Source: Paragordius varius
Taxonomy: Eukaryota > Animalia > Nematomorpha
Assembly: GCA_964247055.1 (NCBI GenBank)
Contig: OZ176051.1
Span: forward strand, 14,322,001 to 14,386,000
Length of the DNA: 64,000 bases
Direction of reading: 5' to 3'
Positions within the stretch are counted from its first letter, which is position 1. Every line of letters starts with the position of its first letter. The position numbers were made by a program, and so were the translations under genes. Under the pieces are notes generated by a model. That model was not told the DNA's origin. It searched no databases and saw only the letters and a list, made by a program, of their open reading frames with translations. Shown here in pieces: positions 1 to 14,800 of this stretch.

Positions 1-609
1 TCGAGAACTAGGAAGAATTTTTGGAATCTGCAAACTGTATTAGCCTAAATAAAGTATATTTAATATATGTATATGGTAGGTTTTGGAAATTTTGGACATG
101 GATTAAAAAATATTTTTCGGGCAAATGCTTACTAAAGGTTAGATGCTTTATTTTTATATATTTAGCCAAGAAATGGTAGTTAGTTCGAGTTTATAAGCAA
201 GTTTAACTGAATATTTAGAAAATCATTGTATAACTACTGATATGTTCAAATAATTTTTTTCTCACTTGAAACCATTCTAAATGGTAAAATAATCAGGGAT
301 ACTATCGAGTATTTTAAATTTGGTTTATTTTAGACATGAAACTCTGCTACTTACTAATGATAATCGGAGTATTCGGTAATACATATTTCTATAAAAGCGA
401 TAGGTAACATTGAGGAAAATGAGTTAGCAAACTTTTATCAGAAGATCAGACAACACCTATATTGAATAGCCATCAGACAGGAGTAAATCGGAGAAACGAA
501 ATTTGACATAATTTTATTTATAATTTATTTTTACACAATAAATGAATATATTTTATAAATGTATTATTGGTTTGGCTCAGTTATTGGGATTCCATGGATT
601 AATTTACGA

Positions 610-960
610 TATATGTCTCTATCATTTGTTGCGTTTCGAGGTATGTTCAGGAATTTAAAGTCTTGTTCTATAATTTGAGTCCAAGTTGTTTTAGGCCTCC
701 CTTGTTAAGAGCAGGGATCTACAAATCAAGAATTTCTTTTGCAGGTGAGTCTTTACTGGATCTGTCTATGTGTCCAAAATACCGAAGTCTATTTGTTCTG
801 ATTAAAGCTGTTATTGGTTATAGAATGGTAGAATTTATCATCATATAGCATTTTGTCTTCCGTTCTTTTCAATCTCGATTCTAATGTTTTTGTGATTGCC
901 CAATTTAAATATTGATCATTTCTTCGGCTAAAGCCTCTCAGACCTTAAGCTTTTCGTCAT
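610..960 (-). mobile_element. Decayed 3' end of an RTE-clade non-LTR retrotransposon
   Basis: Minus-strand translation across a stop and a frameshift gives AITKTLESRLKRTEDKML...IRTNRLRYFGHIDRSSKDSPAKEIL...(G)RPKTTWTQIIEQDFKFLNI. This matches the RL(R)(W/Y)FGH...GRP..TW C-terminal signature of RTE LINEs. Confidence 0.75.
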
Positions 961-1160
961 TGCAGAATTTATTTACGGATTCATAAAGATGCACAGATAT
1001 CTCGAAATTATTTAGACAAAACTTTAAGACCCGCATATAAATCGCGTGTAACTGTTTTCATCATATTGATAAAAATACAAAACAGGCCTTCTCCATTGCA
1101 AAATTTATTTACGGTATTCATAAAGATGGATGGATATCTATAAATTATTTGAACAAAATA
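955..1160. repeat. Two-copy diverged tandem duplication, period ~136 bp
   Basis: cattgcagaatttatttacggattcataaagatg (~958) recurs as cattgcaaaatttatttacggtattcataaagatg (~1094). Confidence 0.7.
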
Positions 1161-2071
1161 ACCTAAATAGCGTGTAGAAATGTTATCCTTCACACTGATA
1201 AAAATTTCAAAACTTTCACCTCAAAAACTCAATCACCTCCCTCAAACATATGATTCCTCATAATCCATAATCCAGGTGAATGAGCTTGAAAATTGGCTCA
1301 TTCACATGGCCCTAGAAGTCACAAAACTAAAAAATATACCTTTTTAACGTCTACATAAGAACATGTTTGATAATTGAATTTTAATGAAAACTTTCTAAAC
1401 AGTGGTTTATTTGCAAAATTGAACTCTGGGATATAAAACAACCCCAATATGTCATTGTGGACATATAATTAAAAGGTCATGAAGTGTTAAATAATTTTCT
1501 CTTAAAACAAATCCCAGAAAAATGTTCTAAAAATTTATAAATTTTAAAAAGATAAAATTATTTTTGTACTTAACAATATTCCCTTTAAAGGGAATCTATG
1601 AATTTTTAGAATACCTTAAAGCTAAATTATATTTAAGTAGTCAATTTAAATTTAAGAGTAAGTTGCGGATCGTATTTTAAATAAACTCTATTTCTCTTTT
1701 ATATGTGGATGTATAAACACGGAAGATTCCTAACTAAACCATATAAACGCAAGATATATTTTATTTAGAATATTCTATCGAAAATAATTCTAATGAGTTG
1801 AAGAATATTTATTTAAATTGTTATATTTAAAATGGTTTAAAATAATATTTTGTTATTGTCCTCGGAATTATACAAACTCCACAAGAAAAAGCAACAAATA
1901 TTGAAAATACTATGGCATATAAATTTTAGATAATGTTAATGATCCCAACTCAAAATGATTTATTTAAAAATACATTTTAAGATTTTATTTCATTAATTTA
2001 TTTGTGCACTAGATGGTCATTTTAAATGTTGAATAATATGTTTTAATATATATTTATTTAATAATATTTAG

Positions 2072-5000
2072 CTGATTGTGGTGATTATAGCTCGGATGAA
2101 TACCCTGATCACACATACCTATCTGCCGTTAAATTTTTCCCAAAACAGAATCCACTCTTGGAGAAAATGATTATGGAAAATCACAAAAAACATGCGTAAA
2201 TTTTCTATTTATGATTAATTTATTTAAGTCATATTTTATATGCAACCGAAACGTTGCAATATAGTTTAGTTAATATTATATGGTTAATATCGGTATTTTA
2301 AACGTTACATAATCGCACTTAACCGATGAATTGAAGTCCGAATTTTGAAGATTTTTAAGCAAAATTACAAAATCCACAAAAATTTTTATGAAATTTTAAT
2401 TATTATATTCCCAATAAACATTAAGGCCACTCGTCTGTTGGAAATCAGTATGTTATGATAATTTAAAGACATAACACTAAATGCTTCATTTTTTTCCCTA
2501 AAAACATGGAATATTTAATCGTGCTCTCGTTTATTTTATGGCAAAAGGCTAAATTTTTAATATAATTTTCTATTTATTCATCTTTTTACCATATATTGTC
2601 ATGATAATTTTTTAACAATTATTATGTTTATCAAGATCATAACCCCCATTACTATCCAACTCGATTTTAAAACCACTTGCGCATCTGTAAAATTTTTGAA
2701 AAAACATAGATCAACTTTTCGCAGAATATATATTCCATCCTTTTCCCTGATAACTAAAATATTCGAATGTGGTTGATTTAGGAATAATTGTCAATATTAA
2801 TTCTCTTTGAGAGCCATCAGATGGTAGTTGAACTGAGTTAATTGTTTTTAATAATAAATTTCAGAATCTATGGGAAATATTTAATATATAAAATTTTTTA
2901 TATGCAGACTGAAGTATACAAATGTATAATCATTTAACTTAATTAATATATAAAAATAATTATAAGTATAACCTCTACAAGGTGCAAAAATGTAATACGC
3001 TGATTATAACGAGACCTATACTATTTTCTTTTAAATTTTTATTATATAGGAAGTTATTTTAGTGCTGTTAACTTCTATTAATCAAATTTTTGGTTGAGTA
3101 TTTAGCGGCAATACAAATTAATTAAAAGATTAGATAACACAGTAAGTATATTTTTAAAAAGCTTATCTATCAGTTATTTTTATTTAGTAATAATATAATA
3201 AGGCAGTGGTTCCCAACTTTTTTTCACCCCCGGGAAATTGTATAATATTCTTGCGCTCCCCCAAAAAAACAAAAATGCAAAATCAATTCTAATGTTAATA
3301 TCATAATCAATGAGATCCTTGTATTTGCAATTGTTAAATTAATCATACCTACGTTTGTATTAGCTTTCTGAAGCTATTTAATTTTATATTGTAACAATTA
3401 GTACCAAAAAATAATTAAATACAATATGTGAATTAACAATCAATCAATACATACTTCCCAATGTTGTAACTTTATAATTTAAATTAAACCAAACAACACA
3501 ATATAACAGTAAACATCTATTTACAAATTCTCCGAATTCTTAGCGCCCCCCTTTTTGCCTGAATTATATTGAACTACAAGCCCATTATTAACTTTACCTT
3601 TTGCTGTTATAGAATTCATATTAGATTTATATTTGATATTTTATAATATTTTTAACGTAATTTGAACGACGTCAATAATTGGAGCTTGACGATTTTTTAT
3701 GCGCTAACTTACCATTAAAAACTGCGGTACCTTAATTGGTATTGTTTGAAAATTTTAAAATCATGTCCATTTTTTCATCTTTATCGTCTTTAAGCAAAAA
3801 AACAGGTAGTTTTGGAGGGAAATCAATATATTATTATATAAAATATATTGTCCATCAGCTTTCATGCCGTATAAAATGATTGTCATTTGTAGCAAACTAT
3901 TTGTCAAGCTATTTCCCGAAAATATTTTAGTGCTGCCAGCTGCCTGCAAGGGTGTGTGCTATTGATATGGATAATTTCAGATAGCACCTGGTCAGTGGAT
4001 TACAGCGTACATAAAAATTTTCCCATCGAAGCGATATAACTAGGTTTAGTAGAGCTAATATAAACGGCATTCATAAGTAGCTAAATCTTTTGCCATGTCT
4101 TCTGCTCATTCCGATGGTGTTTTGATTAATCATGGTTTAAATTAGTCAGGCGACAGCGTTGTATATCGGTTTCACCGGGCTTTAAAAAGTTATTATTGCA
4201 TATACCACTGAGATCCCACCATAAACATAGAATGGTGGCATTTTCAAAGCAATATGGCTTGGTGTTAATAAACTGGCTTGGCAACGTAAAAGCCACATTT
4301 TTTCCGCTTTTGATTCACATTATAAAGGCATTTCTTCTCATTCGCCACAGCAAGAAAAATAACTTTAGTGTTGAATCAGGATTTAATCCACTTTGCCATT
4401 ATTAATTTGACCTTCATTCTAATTGTGCAGGAACCATCACCGAGCACAAAATTTGACATGATATTGAATAAAAATTAAGACTCTATTTTTCGGAGAGCTC
4501 GACTTGTGCATGTTTGTCGTTCAATGTCACATGAACAAAATGGCTTAACGTCTTTTCTCAGTTAAACTCGTAATAACTTTTAACTACACCTGGTATACAC
4601 TGTTTTTAAATAAATTTCACTTTAAAATCATTATATAAAATAAGGTGAAATTTAATCTCACTAATATTAAACATAAAAACATAGATTCCGATAACCATGA
4701 AAATATTATTTGTATCTGATAATACTTATTTACATATAGAGGTCAAACACCCGCTGAGGCCGATATGAATTTTCTCGATATTGCTCGACGGGTCGAAATG
4801 TATGGCATAAAACTACATCCTGCACAGGTGTGTTAAATACAAATTACATTCTTTATTAATAATTTTTATAGCCATTTCTTTAACAATGTAATAGACTGAT
4901 AAAATAATAGTCCGATATATTGTTTACATTCATTTATAAATTTTTTACAACTATAGGATCATGATGGTGTAGGACTGATGTTAGCTGTCGCCCATATGGG

Positions 5001-5499
5001 AATCCTTGTGTACCAAAATAACATTCGAATCAACACTTTCTCTTGGGTCAAAATTCGAAAATTAAGTTTTAAGCGAAAAAAATTCCTCATCAAACTACAT
5101 CCCGAAGAATTCGTAATATATTTTTAAAATAAGAAAGATTTTTGGGTGTTAACTTTTGAAATTAAGATTATTACTAACAATTATTTTTCAGATTTAACTT
5201 TATAAGTTGTTTAATATATTTATATACTTATTAAAACCATAATAGGGTTACTACAAGGATACCGTGGAATTTTATTTCAAAACACGAAATCAAAGTAAGA
5301 ATTTTTGGAAAAAATGTATCGAATATCACACATTTTTCCGGATGCCAACCAATCAAATGATTAAGCGATCTGTTTCAAGTGGGGGCCCCTTGGCTCTTAA
5401 AAAAGATGGTACTCTACCTTCCGATATGATTCCACAACAAAGACATAAAAAGTCAAAGCTCTTTAGTAAAGGATCATCATTTCGGTAAAATTGTTGCGC

Positions 5500-5542
<43 letters not shown>

Positions 5543-8500
5543 GAAAATTTTATATAGATTTTTTATTCGTTTCACACCTATCATTGTTTTTTAAATAAAT
5601 TATTAGGAGATTTTTGCTGTTTCTACTTCCTAATAACACATTCTAGTTTTGCCTTAGATAGAAATAACCTTACAATTATTTTTATTATATTTTTGAGTAA
5701 AAATTTTTAGTTATCTGTTTTTATTTTTTTTTTAATTTTTTTGTGATTATTAAATTTTATTATTTGATCAAGGATATATATATATATTAAATAGAAAATA
5801 TATATTAAAAAATAATGGTGCGTTTGGTTTTTAGTTTAGGCGTAAGAAGCTATATACCTTTTTGAAGTAATTGTTCCATATTAAAATGTTTTAAATTAGC
5901 GCACATGTCGGTTTCGAACCAAAATATTTTTTTTGGGCTATTTTTTAAAAACACTCATAAATGCTGAGTAAAATTTTATGTATATTAGTTATTGACATTG
6001 TAATCGAAAAAGATGTTTGCTTTAAAAATTTTATATAATGTATATAATTTCAGATACAGTGGGCGAACGCAAAAAGAGGTTATTGCTTATGTAAGGGATT
6101 GCGTTAATAAACGGAAACCATTTACAAGGTATATATTTTTCAAATAATAAAATCATAAATGCTTTAAAAAATAACTTTATAAGGTATGCCAGCATATATT
6201 AACAAACCAAAATAAAAAACGTGCCTTTCATCCTAAAATATATAAAAAATAATTATTTTTAAGAATACTCTTAAAATCTTTATGTGCAAAATATAAAAAT
6301 GGTTTAATCCTGTTAATAATTAATTTATTTAACACTTGGATACAACACACTCATTTTAGTCCTTCGATTCAAATTGGGGTAGTTGGATACCCCAGGCCTG
6401 TTTATATCAAATAGTTTAAAAAATATGGAAGCAATCGAAACCATGGCAAAATTTTGCACTTATATAACATTAATAAACCGAAATATATAAAAAAATTTAT
6501 TCAAAAATACTTGATATTACTTATTTTGAGCTAAAACTGAAAGGTAAAAATTTAGTCAACGTGACATGTGTCAAATTGTAAAATTAAAAAATAATACAAA
6601 ATAAACCGCTTTTTCTATTTCTATCAATGTTAGATGTAATTTATATAAAAAATAAACTTTAGTTTGACCCTTAAAATTTAATGAAGACGATATTTTGCAA
6701 AATTTTTGTAAAATAAAAATGGCGTCGGGTGGGACTTTTTTTTCAAAACAAAATTTTATCAAGATATTTTGGCATATTTATATAATATTTATCAGGATAG
6801 AAGCATAAATATAAATTGGGACCGTTTCCTTCAGAATTTTTTTAAAAAATTTAATTTAAATTTAGTCTGGGGTATTTAGTCACCCCAATTCGAATCGAAG
6901 TGTTATAATATCGATAATATATGTATGCACTTTCATGTTTCAGGTATATTAGTATATAGTTCATTTACGCATCTAGCACACCTTTGCATTGAAATTAAAT
7001 TAAATTAAATATATTAATATGAATTCACCGTAGAGTTATTTCACTTTTTTACACCAAAATATATTAAAATTCTATATTATAATAACAGATCTTGTCTAAT
7101 TATTAAATACTATATAAATAATTTTATTTGACATACTACAAATAGATCCACCAGCTCCCAACTTTCCAAAACTGGTTCACCTAAAACTGTAACATGTAGT
7201 ATTGGTGTAAACCTATCTAAGTCTCAAACCGTACAAATTCTAAAGATGCCTTGTACAACTTCAAACGGGACCCCGAGTATTTTATCATTATCTAAAATTA
7301 TTGTATGATACTTTATAGTTAATCAAATATTTTAACACTTCAATTCAAATTGGGATATCTAAATAACGTAGAACTATATTTAAGTTGATCTTATTAATAA
7401 ATTACTGAAAGAAACGGGTTTCTTTTTAATTTATGCTTTTATCGTAATAAGATTAGATAAAAAGCCGAAATACATAAATAAAAATATATATTTACAGTTA
7501 TATTTAACTAAAAATATTAAATATATGGGGATTAGGCTTAAAACCTGAATCAAAGCAAAATATAATATTATTGAATGTTTTCACATATGATTGGGAAGGC
7601 ATAATATTATATTCAACCCTAAATCATGCATATTTTAAAAGAATTTTTTACTGCCTGTAGAACAATTATATTTATAAAATTCTGCATATAGATAAACCAT
7701 CCTCGAAAAATTACAATGATATAACTACGAGCATGCCAAATACTAACACCTCTATAAGTCAATCTATTCAATCATCTAGCAGTCCAAAATACAACCTAGC
7801 TAATACGGGTAACATATAAACTACGTGCTATTATTCTAACATTTTGGTTTAGGCTTTAATAAGTCAATTTCTTTTAATTTAGTAGATAACAAGTACATTT
7901 ATGCGAATTCATTATTTATTTAAAAATATTACAATTTAGTAACTACATTTGATGTCTCACCCACGACAACTTTAAACATGATTGTCCCTCAATCAATAGT
8001 ATCCAACTTTCCCATATTTTCAACTAATGAGAGTAAATTATATTTATTATCAAGTAAAAGTATAAAGTTTTACCTTTGTTAGTTCATTTCAGCCACATTA
8101 TGTCAAATTTTAAGTTATGCGATTTATTATTTTTAGATATAGAAAACCATCCGTAATATATATTATACGTTATGTTTGGGAATAAAAAAAATAAAATTAT
8201 TTTCTTTGCTGTCTAACGAATTTATACTAGAAAAGAACGTTTAATATACATTAAATTCTTTATTTTTTATTAAAAATTATAAAGCTGTTATCCCATCGAT
8301 GTTCTCAACCTTTTGGGGTATCATTACATTTTATTTTTAAAAATTCACCATATTTTATTTTTTGATTAGCATCGATCAACACAGGCGCTAAAACGGTAAG
8401 CATTCAAAATCTGACACTCGATTCATATCCTAACGTTGTTTGTCCAATAAATACTTCCATATTCGATCACCAACATACTGTTTACACCATCAATGATAGG

Positions 8501-11500
8501 AGCGGCCAGGTTTCAATAACGCTCAATCAAGTTAATAGCCAACCTTCAAAAAATAAATCAGGTATATTGATTGGTATTGACTAATTGATTCCTACCATTT
8601 TTATATATGTTTAACTGTTATGATATTAATATATGCAGTCACGCAGAAAACGAACAATTCTTTGGATAAGGAATTATCTTATACGCGCAAAGCATTGCTT
8701 ACTTCTCAATCTAAAAAGCATCCTCAGAATTTAGTAAATGGCCAAATTACATCTATTCATGAACAAGGGTAAGTCAATATTCAATTTATATTTTAATAAT
8801 TTAAACCATTTGAATTTTTCCAAAAACAGAGATACCGTGACTTTTATTTTTGATGATTATAAATAGCTAAATAATTATATAATTTAAATATAATTATAAA
8901 GGTTGTGTATCAATCAAAAACCATATATGGTTCCCGGTATAAAATACGATTATTCCACGTTTGCTGAGGAATATGTAAATAATTATAATGATTATAACAA
9001 AGCAAGCACAGAAAGTCACACCTATCCTACCGGAATAAAACTGCAATATCCATCTCAAAATGGAATCACTAGAAAGGGATTAGAAATACAAGCAACAAAA
9101 CTTAAGCCAAGATATTTAAAATCTTATGATAACGACAAATATGATTCACGGAATTTTCGGGAAACGTATTATGACATTAAAAATACTAATTTATCATCTC
9201 AGAATATGAACGCAGCGGGAGGGACTATAATAAAGGACGAACGGATAGAAATCAAAACGCCAAATGTGATGGTATATGTTCATATTATCAAATTAATATA
9301 GTGATTGTGTATTGCAAATTTTAGTAATTAATATATTTACTATGAACCAGGTCACAAAAATTATTGAGAAAGATACCCCACAGGATGGCTCAATGCGCAA
9401 ACATCCTTCTAGCAATCCAAACCTCTGTAAAATGATAGGCCGATCAAATATGCTTTCACATCAATATATGGATATGAAGACGCTAGAATCTATTCCAGGC
9501 CGTTATAAACACCAAGATCCGTCACCAAAGTTACCTACTTATTCACAAATAAATAAATCATTGCAAAACAATCAATCGTTTTCTCAAAATGTACCACCAC
9601 CTTACACAAATTTTAAAGATTTTCACAATCATCAATATTCTTATCGATTGCACCATCGACATAGAGGTAGTGACAGAAGTCAAAGTCCTCTTATTGGTAG
9701 AGAAATAGCACAACATGGAGTTCTTAAAGCAAATGATAGATCCCATAGTGATGTTATACCCAGGCATAAGACGACCGAATCCAATAACATTTCATCCCGA
9801 TACGTTTTTAATGATAATAAAGATCATGGCATTCATGGGCATTTAAAATCTAACTATCCTTTCTATTATTATAAACGGAAATCAGGGCGAGGATCACATT
9901 TAAGCGATATGAGTAGCGATGAGTCGGATACTTCATCAAGCTCCTCCACAAGCAGTAAAACTAATAAGCGGTTTCCGACCGCTAACAGGCGCCTAAGTAG
10001 TAGTTCCTCTCGTTTGTCGAAATCATCTGATATTTCCTTCCCTCAACCGTTGTCATCTCACTTTACGGTTGAAACTATTAATTATGTACCCACAAGTCTG
10101 GATATGAAACATAATTTACGGGCAAACTTCCGACAACCAGATGGTTTTAATTCCAAAAATAAGGCGAAATATATTAAAGAAGTTTCGTTACCTGGCTTAA
10201 ATCCTATGACAATGCAAAAACAACAAAGGAAATTGCTGCAAGATGATATACCATATGTTCTGCATGTAAGAACAACACCCAAAAATAAAAGAAAAAGTCC
10301 AATTCACAAATCATCCTTAATGTTGCCCTCAGAAGCAACACACCAGGAATTTTTTGAGAGGAATATTGGAGGCGATTATCGAATTCCTTTTGACAATAAG
10401 TCTTTTACCATACAAGGCCTTAAATCCGCAAACGTCTTTTCTTCCTATCAGATGGCAACCCGATCTCAAAGTACAACTGTTTTTTCTTCGAATACACATG
10501 TCGCTGGTAATGCCTTTCCATCAATTTCAGGTTACCCTATTAGGTATTCTTCTTCGATTAAACCATCAGCTTCTACTTGGATCCCCCCCAAAAAATCCAA
10601 ACAACATTTGAGTAGTCAAGAATCTTTTGGTTGCTATGATTTAATGGGTGCTCCCCTGCCATCTTCCATGTCAAAAGATAACGTGCACAAGGCAAACAAT
10701 GACATTTGGGGAGTTCCTACTTTAAATACTTTGGTTTCTGGCGCAAATGTGAGATATCCAACATTACTGACAACCCATGAGAGTGTATCCAATTTATCTT
10801 GTAAACTTTCAGTGGTTACACCTCCGATAGGAGAACATTATTTCAATAAATATGATAACAGTGGTAGATACTCTGTCCACTCTCCTCAGGTAACACGAAA
10901 GATTGATTTTAGCATGACCAACGTTCCTCAACACCCACAAAAATCAACGTCAGTTATATCAATGAAAGAATTAGCGAATAATGTAAACTACATCCCTGTT
11001 ACACCGCAACCCTTAAGAAAACAAAATTCGTTAGCTTATCCAGAAAATGCAGAACGGGGTTTCAATATAATGACCTCCCGGATAAATTCTTCATCTGTCA
11101 CTGATTTGGGAATACCTCATTTTACATTTGATTTGGTACGCCTGAACAAACTTCCACTAAAAAATAGTTTTTCCAGCTTGGATCATACAAGTGGATATGG
11201 AGGGAAAAACAATAATAAAATCCCTACAAAAAATATCGCACAATATAAGAATCAGACGATGCCATTGATGCCTTCTATCGTTAGGGATTCAAAAATTAAT
11301 AAAAATGGTTGTGATAGTAAACAATCCAGAGTTCTCTATAGGAGACGATTTTATTATGAAGAATTTGATGATAGTTTAATTAAGCAAAAGCCATTTAACA
11401 TGGATAATGATGAGGCTTTAATTCTAGCAGCTTTAGTGCGATCCGAAAATGATTTGTCCCAAATAAAACAATTAAATTTCAAAAAAGACAAAAATGTGTT

Positions 11501-12713
11501 GGATACTTCTGTTAGAAAAAATTTGATGAGTACCAATGCTTTAGCAAAATTCACACCTAGCACTGTCCTAAAACGATCTATATCAAATCCAGCTCGTAGT
11601 CGTTTACAGGAGGATTCTTATGAAACAGTTTTAAAACCTTATCAATCTCCCTTCACTTATATTGATGATGAGCTATTAAATGCAACTTGTTATAAGGTTA
11701 AATTTATTCACGACGATAAATCTTCCTTATGGGTTCGTCCAATAAAAACTCATCATGTACCTGGTAAAGCCCCAAATTTTATAACTAACGATAGAAAAAA
11801 TAAAAAGAGGACACGAACTAAGAAAAGAAGTCGAAGTCGCGGTATTATGGATAAGTCCCTATTCATAAAACGAGAAGATGGCAAAACAGCAGATTTAGCC
11901 AGACCTCCGAAAGAGTTATCTGATAGTAACTCATCCTCAACAACATATGAGCATATAGCACCGAAACCTGTGGATGAAAACTATATTACAGAAAATTTTT
12001 TAAATACCAATGTTTCGATTGTGCAAACAAATATAAGTAAACCACCGCTTAAACCTAAACCATTCAATTTAGGAAAAGGACCCATCACTACCCATGATGT
12101 AACGTTTGAGACACCTAAGGTCACAACTGTTCGTCCACACCACCAAAATTCCAATGAAAATAATTCCACTTCCATTTTTTATTCTGATTTCGCTTCACAA
12201 GCAAAAGATATTGGACGCTCACCATTTTGTAGCGACAACCTTAACCCCGAAAACACAATGTCTCAAACAGCTAATATAAAAAATAATATCAATCAAAATA
12301 ATAACAGACTAAATCAAAGTCTTAATTTGCCATTTTGTAGTAGGTCACACCCATTCTTTAACAAACCGGTTCATCACAAATTATCCTTGCAACAAAATTT
12401 TGGGAACCGTGACTCTAAGTTAATATCATCAACACAACAATATGTACATATAAATCCTTCATCTTATTCAAATTATATACCGACTACAAATTTTATTGGT
12501 CAAAAGTCCTATACTCAAGTTACACAATTAAAACCGACACCCATCTATTTTAACAAATCTCCCGACGCTAATCAGCTTAAGCAGTTACCGCTTGAATATC
12601 AAACAAAGGATAATACAAATGCTCCCAGTCACAACAACAATGTAAATGGAAACATTGATTATAGCACAAATGCTACAGAATGTGAAGGGTATTCAGATAT
12701 TACCATAATGTGA
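2072..12713 (+). CDS. FERM-domain protein of the FARP/Cdep/FRMD7 type (FERM lobes B-C + FERM-adjacent region + ~1,450-aa low-complexity tail); 5' exons not found in the window
   Basis: GT-AG, phase-consistent exons: 2072-2195, 4740-4827, 4957-5112, 5246-5484, 6054-6128, 7146-7276, 7692-7808, 7940-8032, 8370-8561, 8639-8768, 8902-9271, 9351-12713 (TGA). These give ~1,690 codons with no internal stop. The N-terminal part reads [25 protein letters not shown]...[120 protein letters not shown], followed by the FA motif [22 protein letters not shown]-track entries 5264-5488, 8903-9301 and 9312-12713 are exons of this gene. Confidence 0.9.
3780..4592 (-). mobile_element. Decayed mariner (Mos1-like) element in an intron of the FERM gene
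   Basis: Broken frames give (W)[43 protein letters not shown] and KADGQY, which parallel the Mos1 motifs WVPHEL, DEKW, MLCVWWD..G...ELLKPGET and ASDGKY. A TIR-like CCAGGTGTAGTTAAAAG lies at ~4575-4591 (minus). Confidence 0.8.
5503..5537. repeat. (TA)n microsatellite; similar tracts near 12940, 26070, 30990, 43105 and 59000-59045
   Basis: Direct reading of the TA dinucleotide runs. Confidence 0.95.
6333..6902. mobile_element. Non-autonomous TIR element (piggyBac-like MITE) in a FERM intron
   Basis: cttcgattcaaattggggtagttggataccccag (6362-6395) is inverted relative to ctggggtatttagtcaccccaattcgaatcgaag (6867-6900). Flanks are TTAA (6329-6332) and TTAT (6903-6906). The element is absent from the homologous intron of the duplicate at ~45290. 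Confidence 0.65.
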
Positions 12714-13324
12714 TATTTCAATAATATATAATGTCTCTTAGCAACCTATCATCACAATGTAATAATTTTTTTCAATTTCCTTCCATATATCAAAATTTAT
12801 ACAGAGTGCAATTGTATCTTCCAACTTTTCTATAGTTACATAACTGTATTTTAAGTCAATTGAACCATATTATAATCTTATATCCAGTGCAATTATAATT
12901 TAATATATATATTTTTAAAAACCCCATAGATATGTATATATATATATATATATATAAAATTAAGGACTTCTTAAAATTTCTCAATACACATAAAGCATTT
13001 ATATAAAAATTGTGTGACTGTTACATTTAGTTTGCCCTTTTACAATAATATATAATAATAAATTTATATTTAGTAATTTTATATATTTCTATAAAATAAA
13101 ATTAACATCATAGTGTGTATATCAGTAACTTTTTGATTGAGTGTATAGAAGAATACATAGGGTGCTTTTTGTGCCATTGGTCTAATTCCACTAAAAAATT
13201 AGAAATAAATTATTTTTTGGCAAGAATCTTTTATATTCGTATAACTTACACAAATACTTAGATAGAACCCAAGTGTAGCTCCATATAACATTATAAACTA
13301 TTGACAAATAAAATAAATTATTTT

Positions 13325-13530
13325 TATACCATTTATCACTCAGAGGCAACATGTTTCCATCCAAACGCAACATTTTTTTAACAAAGGCCACATTTTTTCA
13401 GTTGTTGTCTTTGCTTGAATGTTGCGTTTGATTAAAAAAATGTTGCATTTAGATGAAGAAATGTTGCATTTAAATGGAACAGTGTTGCGTTTGGTTGAAA
13501 TAATGTTGCTTTGAACTGAAAAATGGTATA
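13325..13530. mobile_element. Small foldback-like element with TATACCATTT...AAATGGTATA ends and ~22-bp aatgttgc(a/g)ttt repeats
   Basis: The terminal 10-mers are exact inverted repeats. The internal units aaacgcaacatt and aatgttgcgttt are in inverted orientation. Confidence 0.6.
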
Positions 13531-14800
13531 AATTACAACCACGTCAAAAAGGAGCTAAGAAATCGTGTAAACGATAGCCGGAATCGTACTGAAATTGCCG
13601 AATTACAACCAGAATAATTCCTATTAAATCAAAGGGTTTTAAAGATCGAAACCGGCAATTACACAAAAATCAAGTGGTGTTTGGCGGTTAACTAATTGTA
13701 ATATTCATATTTAATCATATAGGACACATAGGAATGGAAATTTTTGAATAAGCTAAGGTAAATTTGATTTAAATTTCACGGCCCTAAAAATATCATATTA
13801 TCCAATTATATTAATTAGCAGATGGATGGAGCCAAATAAATATAATATTTGATATGGTCTTCGCCGACCTCAAGTATTGTCATATAATCTAAATTATTGT
13901 AAACTTTTAGCCGTTTGTATGTAAAAAGTTTTACTATTTTAGGATGTCATCTAATTATTCATTATGTCTGAGGACATTTTCTCTAGTTACTTACTATTCC
14001 TTACATAATTGCCTTTTATCTCTTTCAGACAGGGATTGATTATTGTTTTAGCGTTTTAATCAAATATTTTTCCATTTTGTTTGTTAATGTAATGAAAAAC
14101 TGATATAAAAAATATCAACCCCATCCTTTAAAAAATCAAAACTCACAAATATTAATCTATATTTTGAAAAATGAGTTGATGGTATATAATTTAAACTATT
14201 TAATTTTGAATACTATCAGCAGACGTGGAACACAATTGGGTCAACTTGCTGTCCTAAAAGATAAATTTTAGAATGTTAGATGAAAAGATAAATATAGTTT
14301 GATATTATAAATGTAAATATTGGTTTGTGATCAACTGCAGTATGGGTACTGTATATGGGCTTGAAAGTTTGTTATTATTATAAACTTTGGCTAACAAAAA
14401 ATTAAAACTTATATCATTGATTTTGTTCATTTTTTCTAATATGCGTATATTCGCAATTAAAGATTTGCGTAAAATAGTTAATTATCGCTTAAAAAACTCT
14501 AGCCTTTTGCACTAAATACCTGAAATCCTATATATTCTCCCTGTATAAAGATCAAATGATAAAAAAACATTCATTTTGTAATACAAATAACCAGAATAAT
14601 GATTTAGATTCTGGTTCATAGAAATAAGTACTTTACTCTAATTGTATAAATGAATATGATCATTCTCTCCTATGCAAATTTTTTAATATATAATTTATTT
14701 ATTTGCCAAAAATAAAGTGATGTGCTAATATGGTAACTGCACTTTTGCAAAAAAATGTTTTTTCATGCAAAATTAATTTAACTTAACAGGTAAATTAGCT

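Noticed and set aside
1-2071. Upstream FERM exons (lobe A, RYLF..QIKRD-type motif)
   Set aside because: I found no in-frame, splice-flanked segment with such motifs. The region appears intronic and contains a LINE relic.
9312-9350. TTG/ATG start of the 1133-aa ORF as an independent gene
   Set aside because: A cag|GTC acceptor at 9350/9351 joins in phase to the donor at 9271/9272, so the ORF is the last exon of the FERM gene.
9558-12175. Short ORFs overlapping the large FERM exon, and 32292-32576, 33486-33674 and 44013-44198 overlapping the receptors
   Set aside because: They are alternative-frame or antisense shadows with no independent splice or motif evidence.
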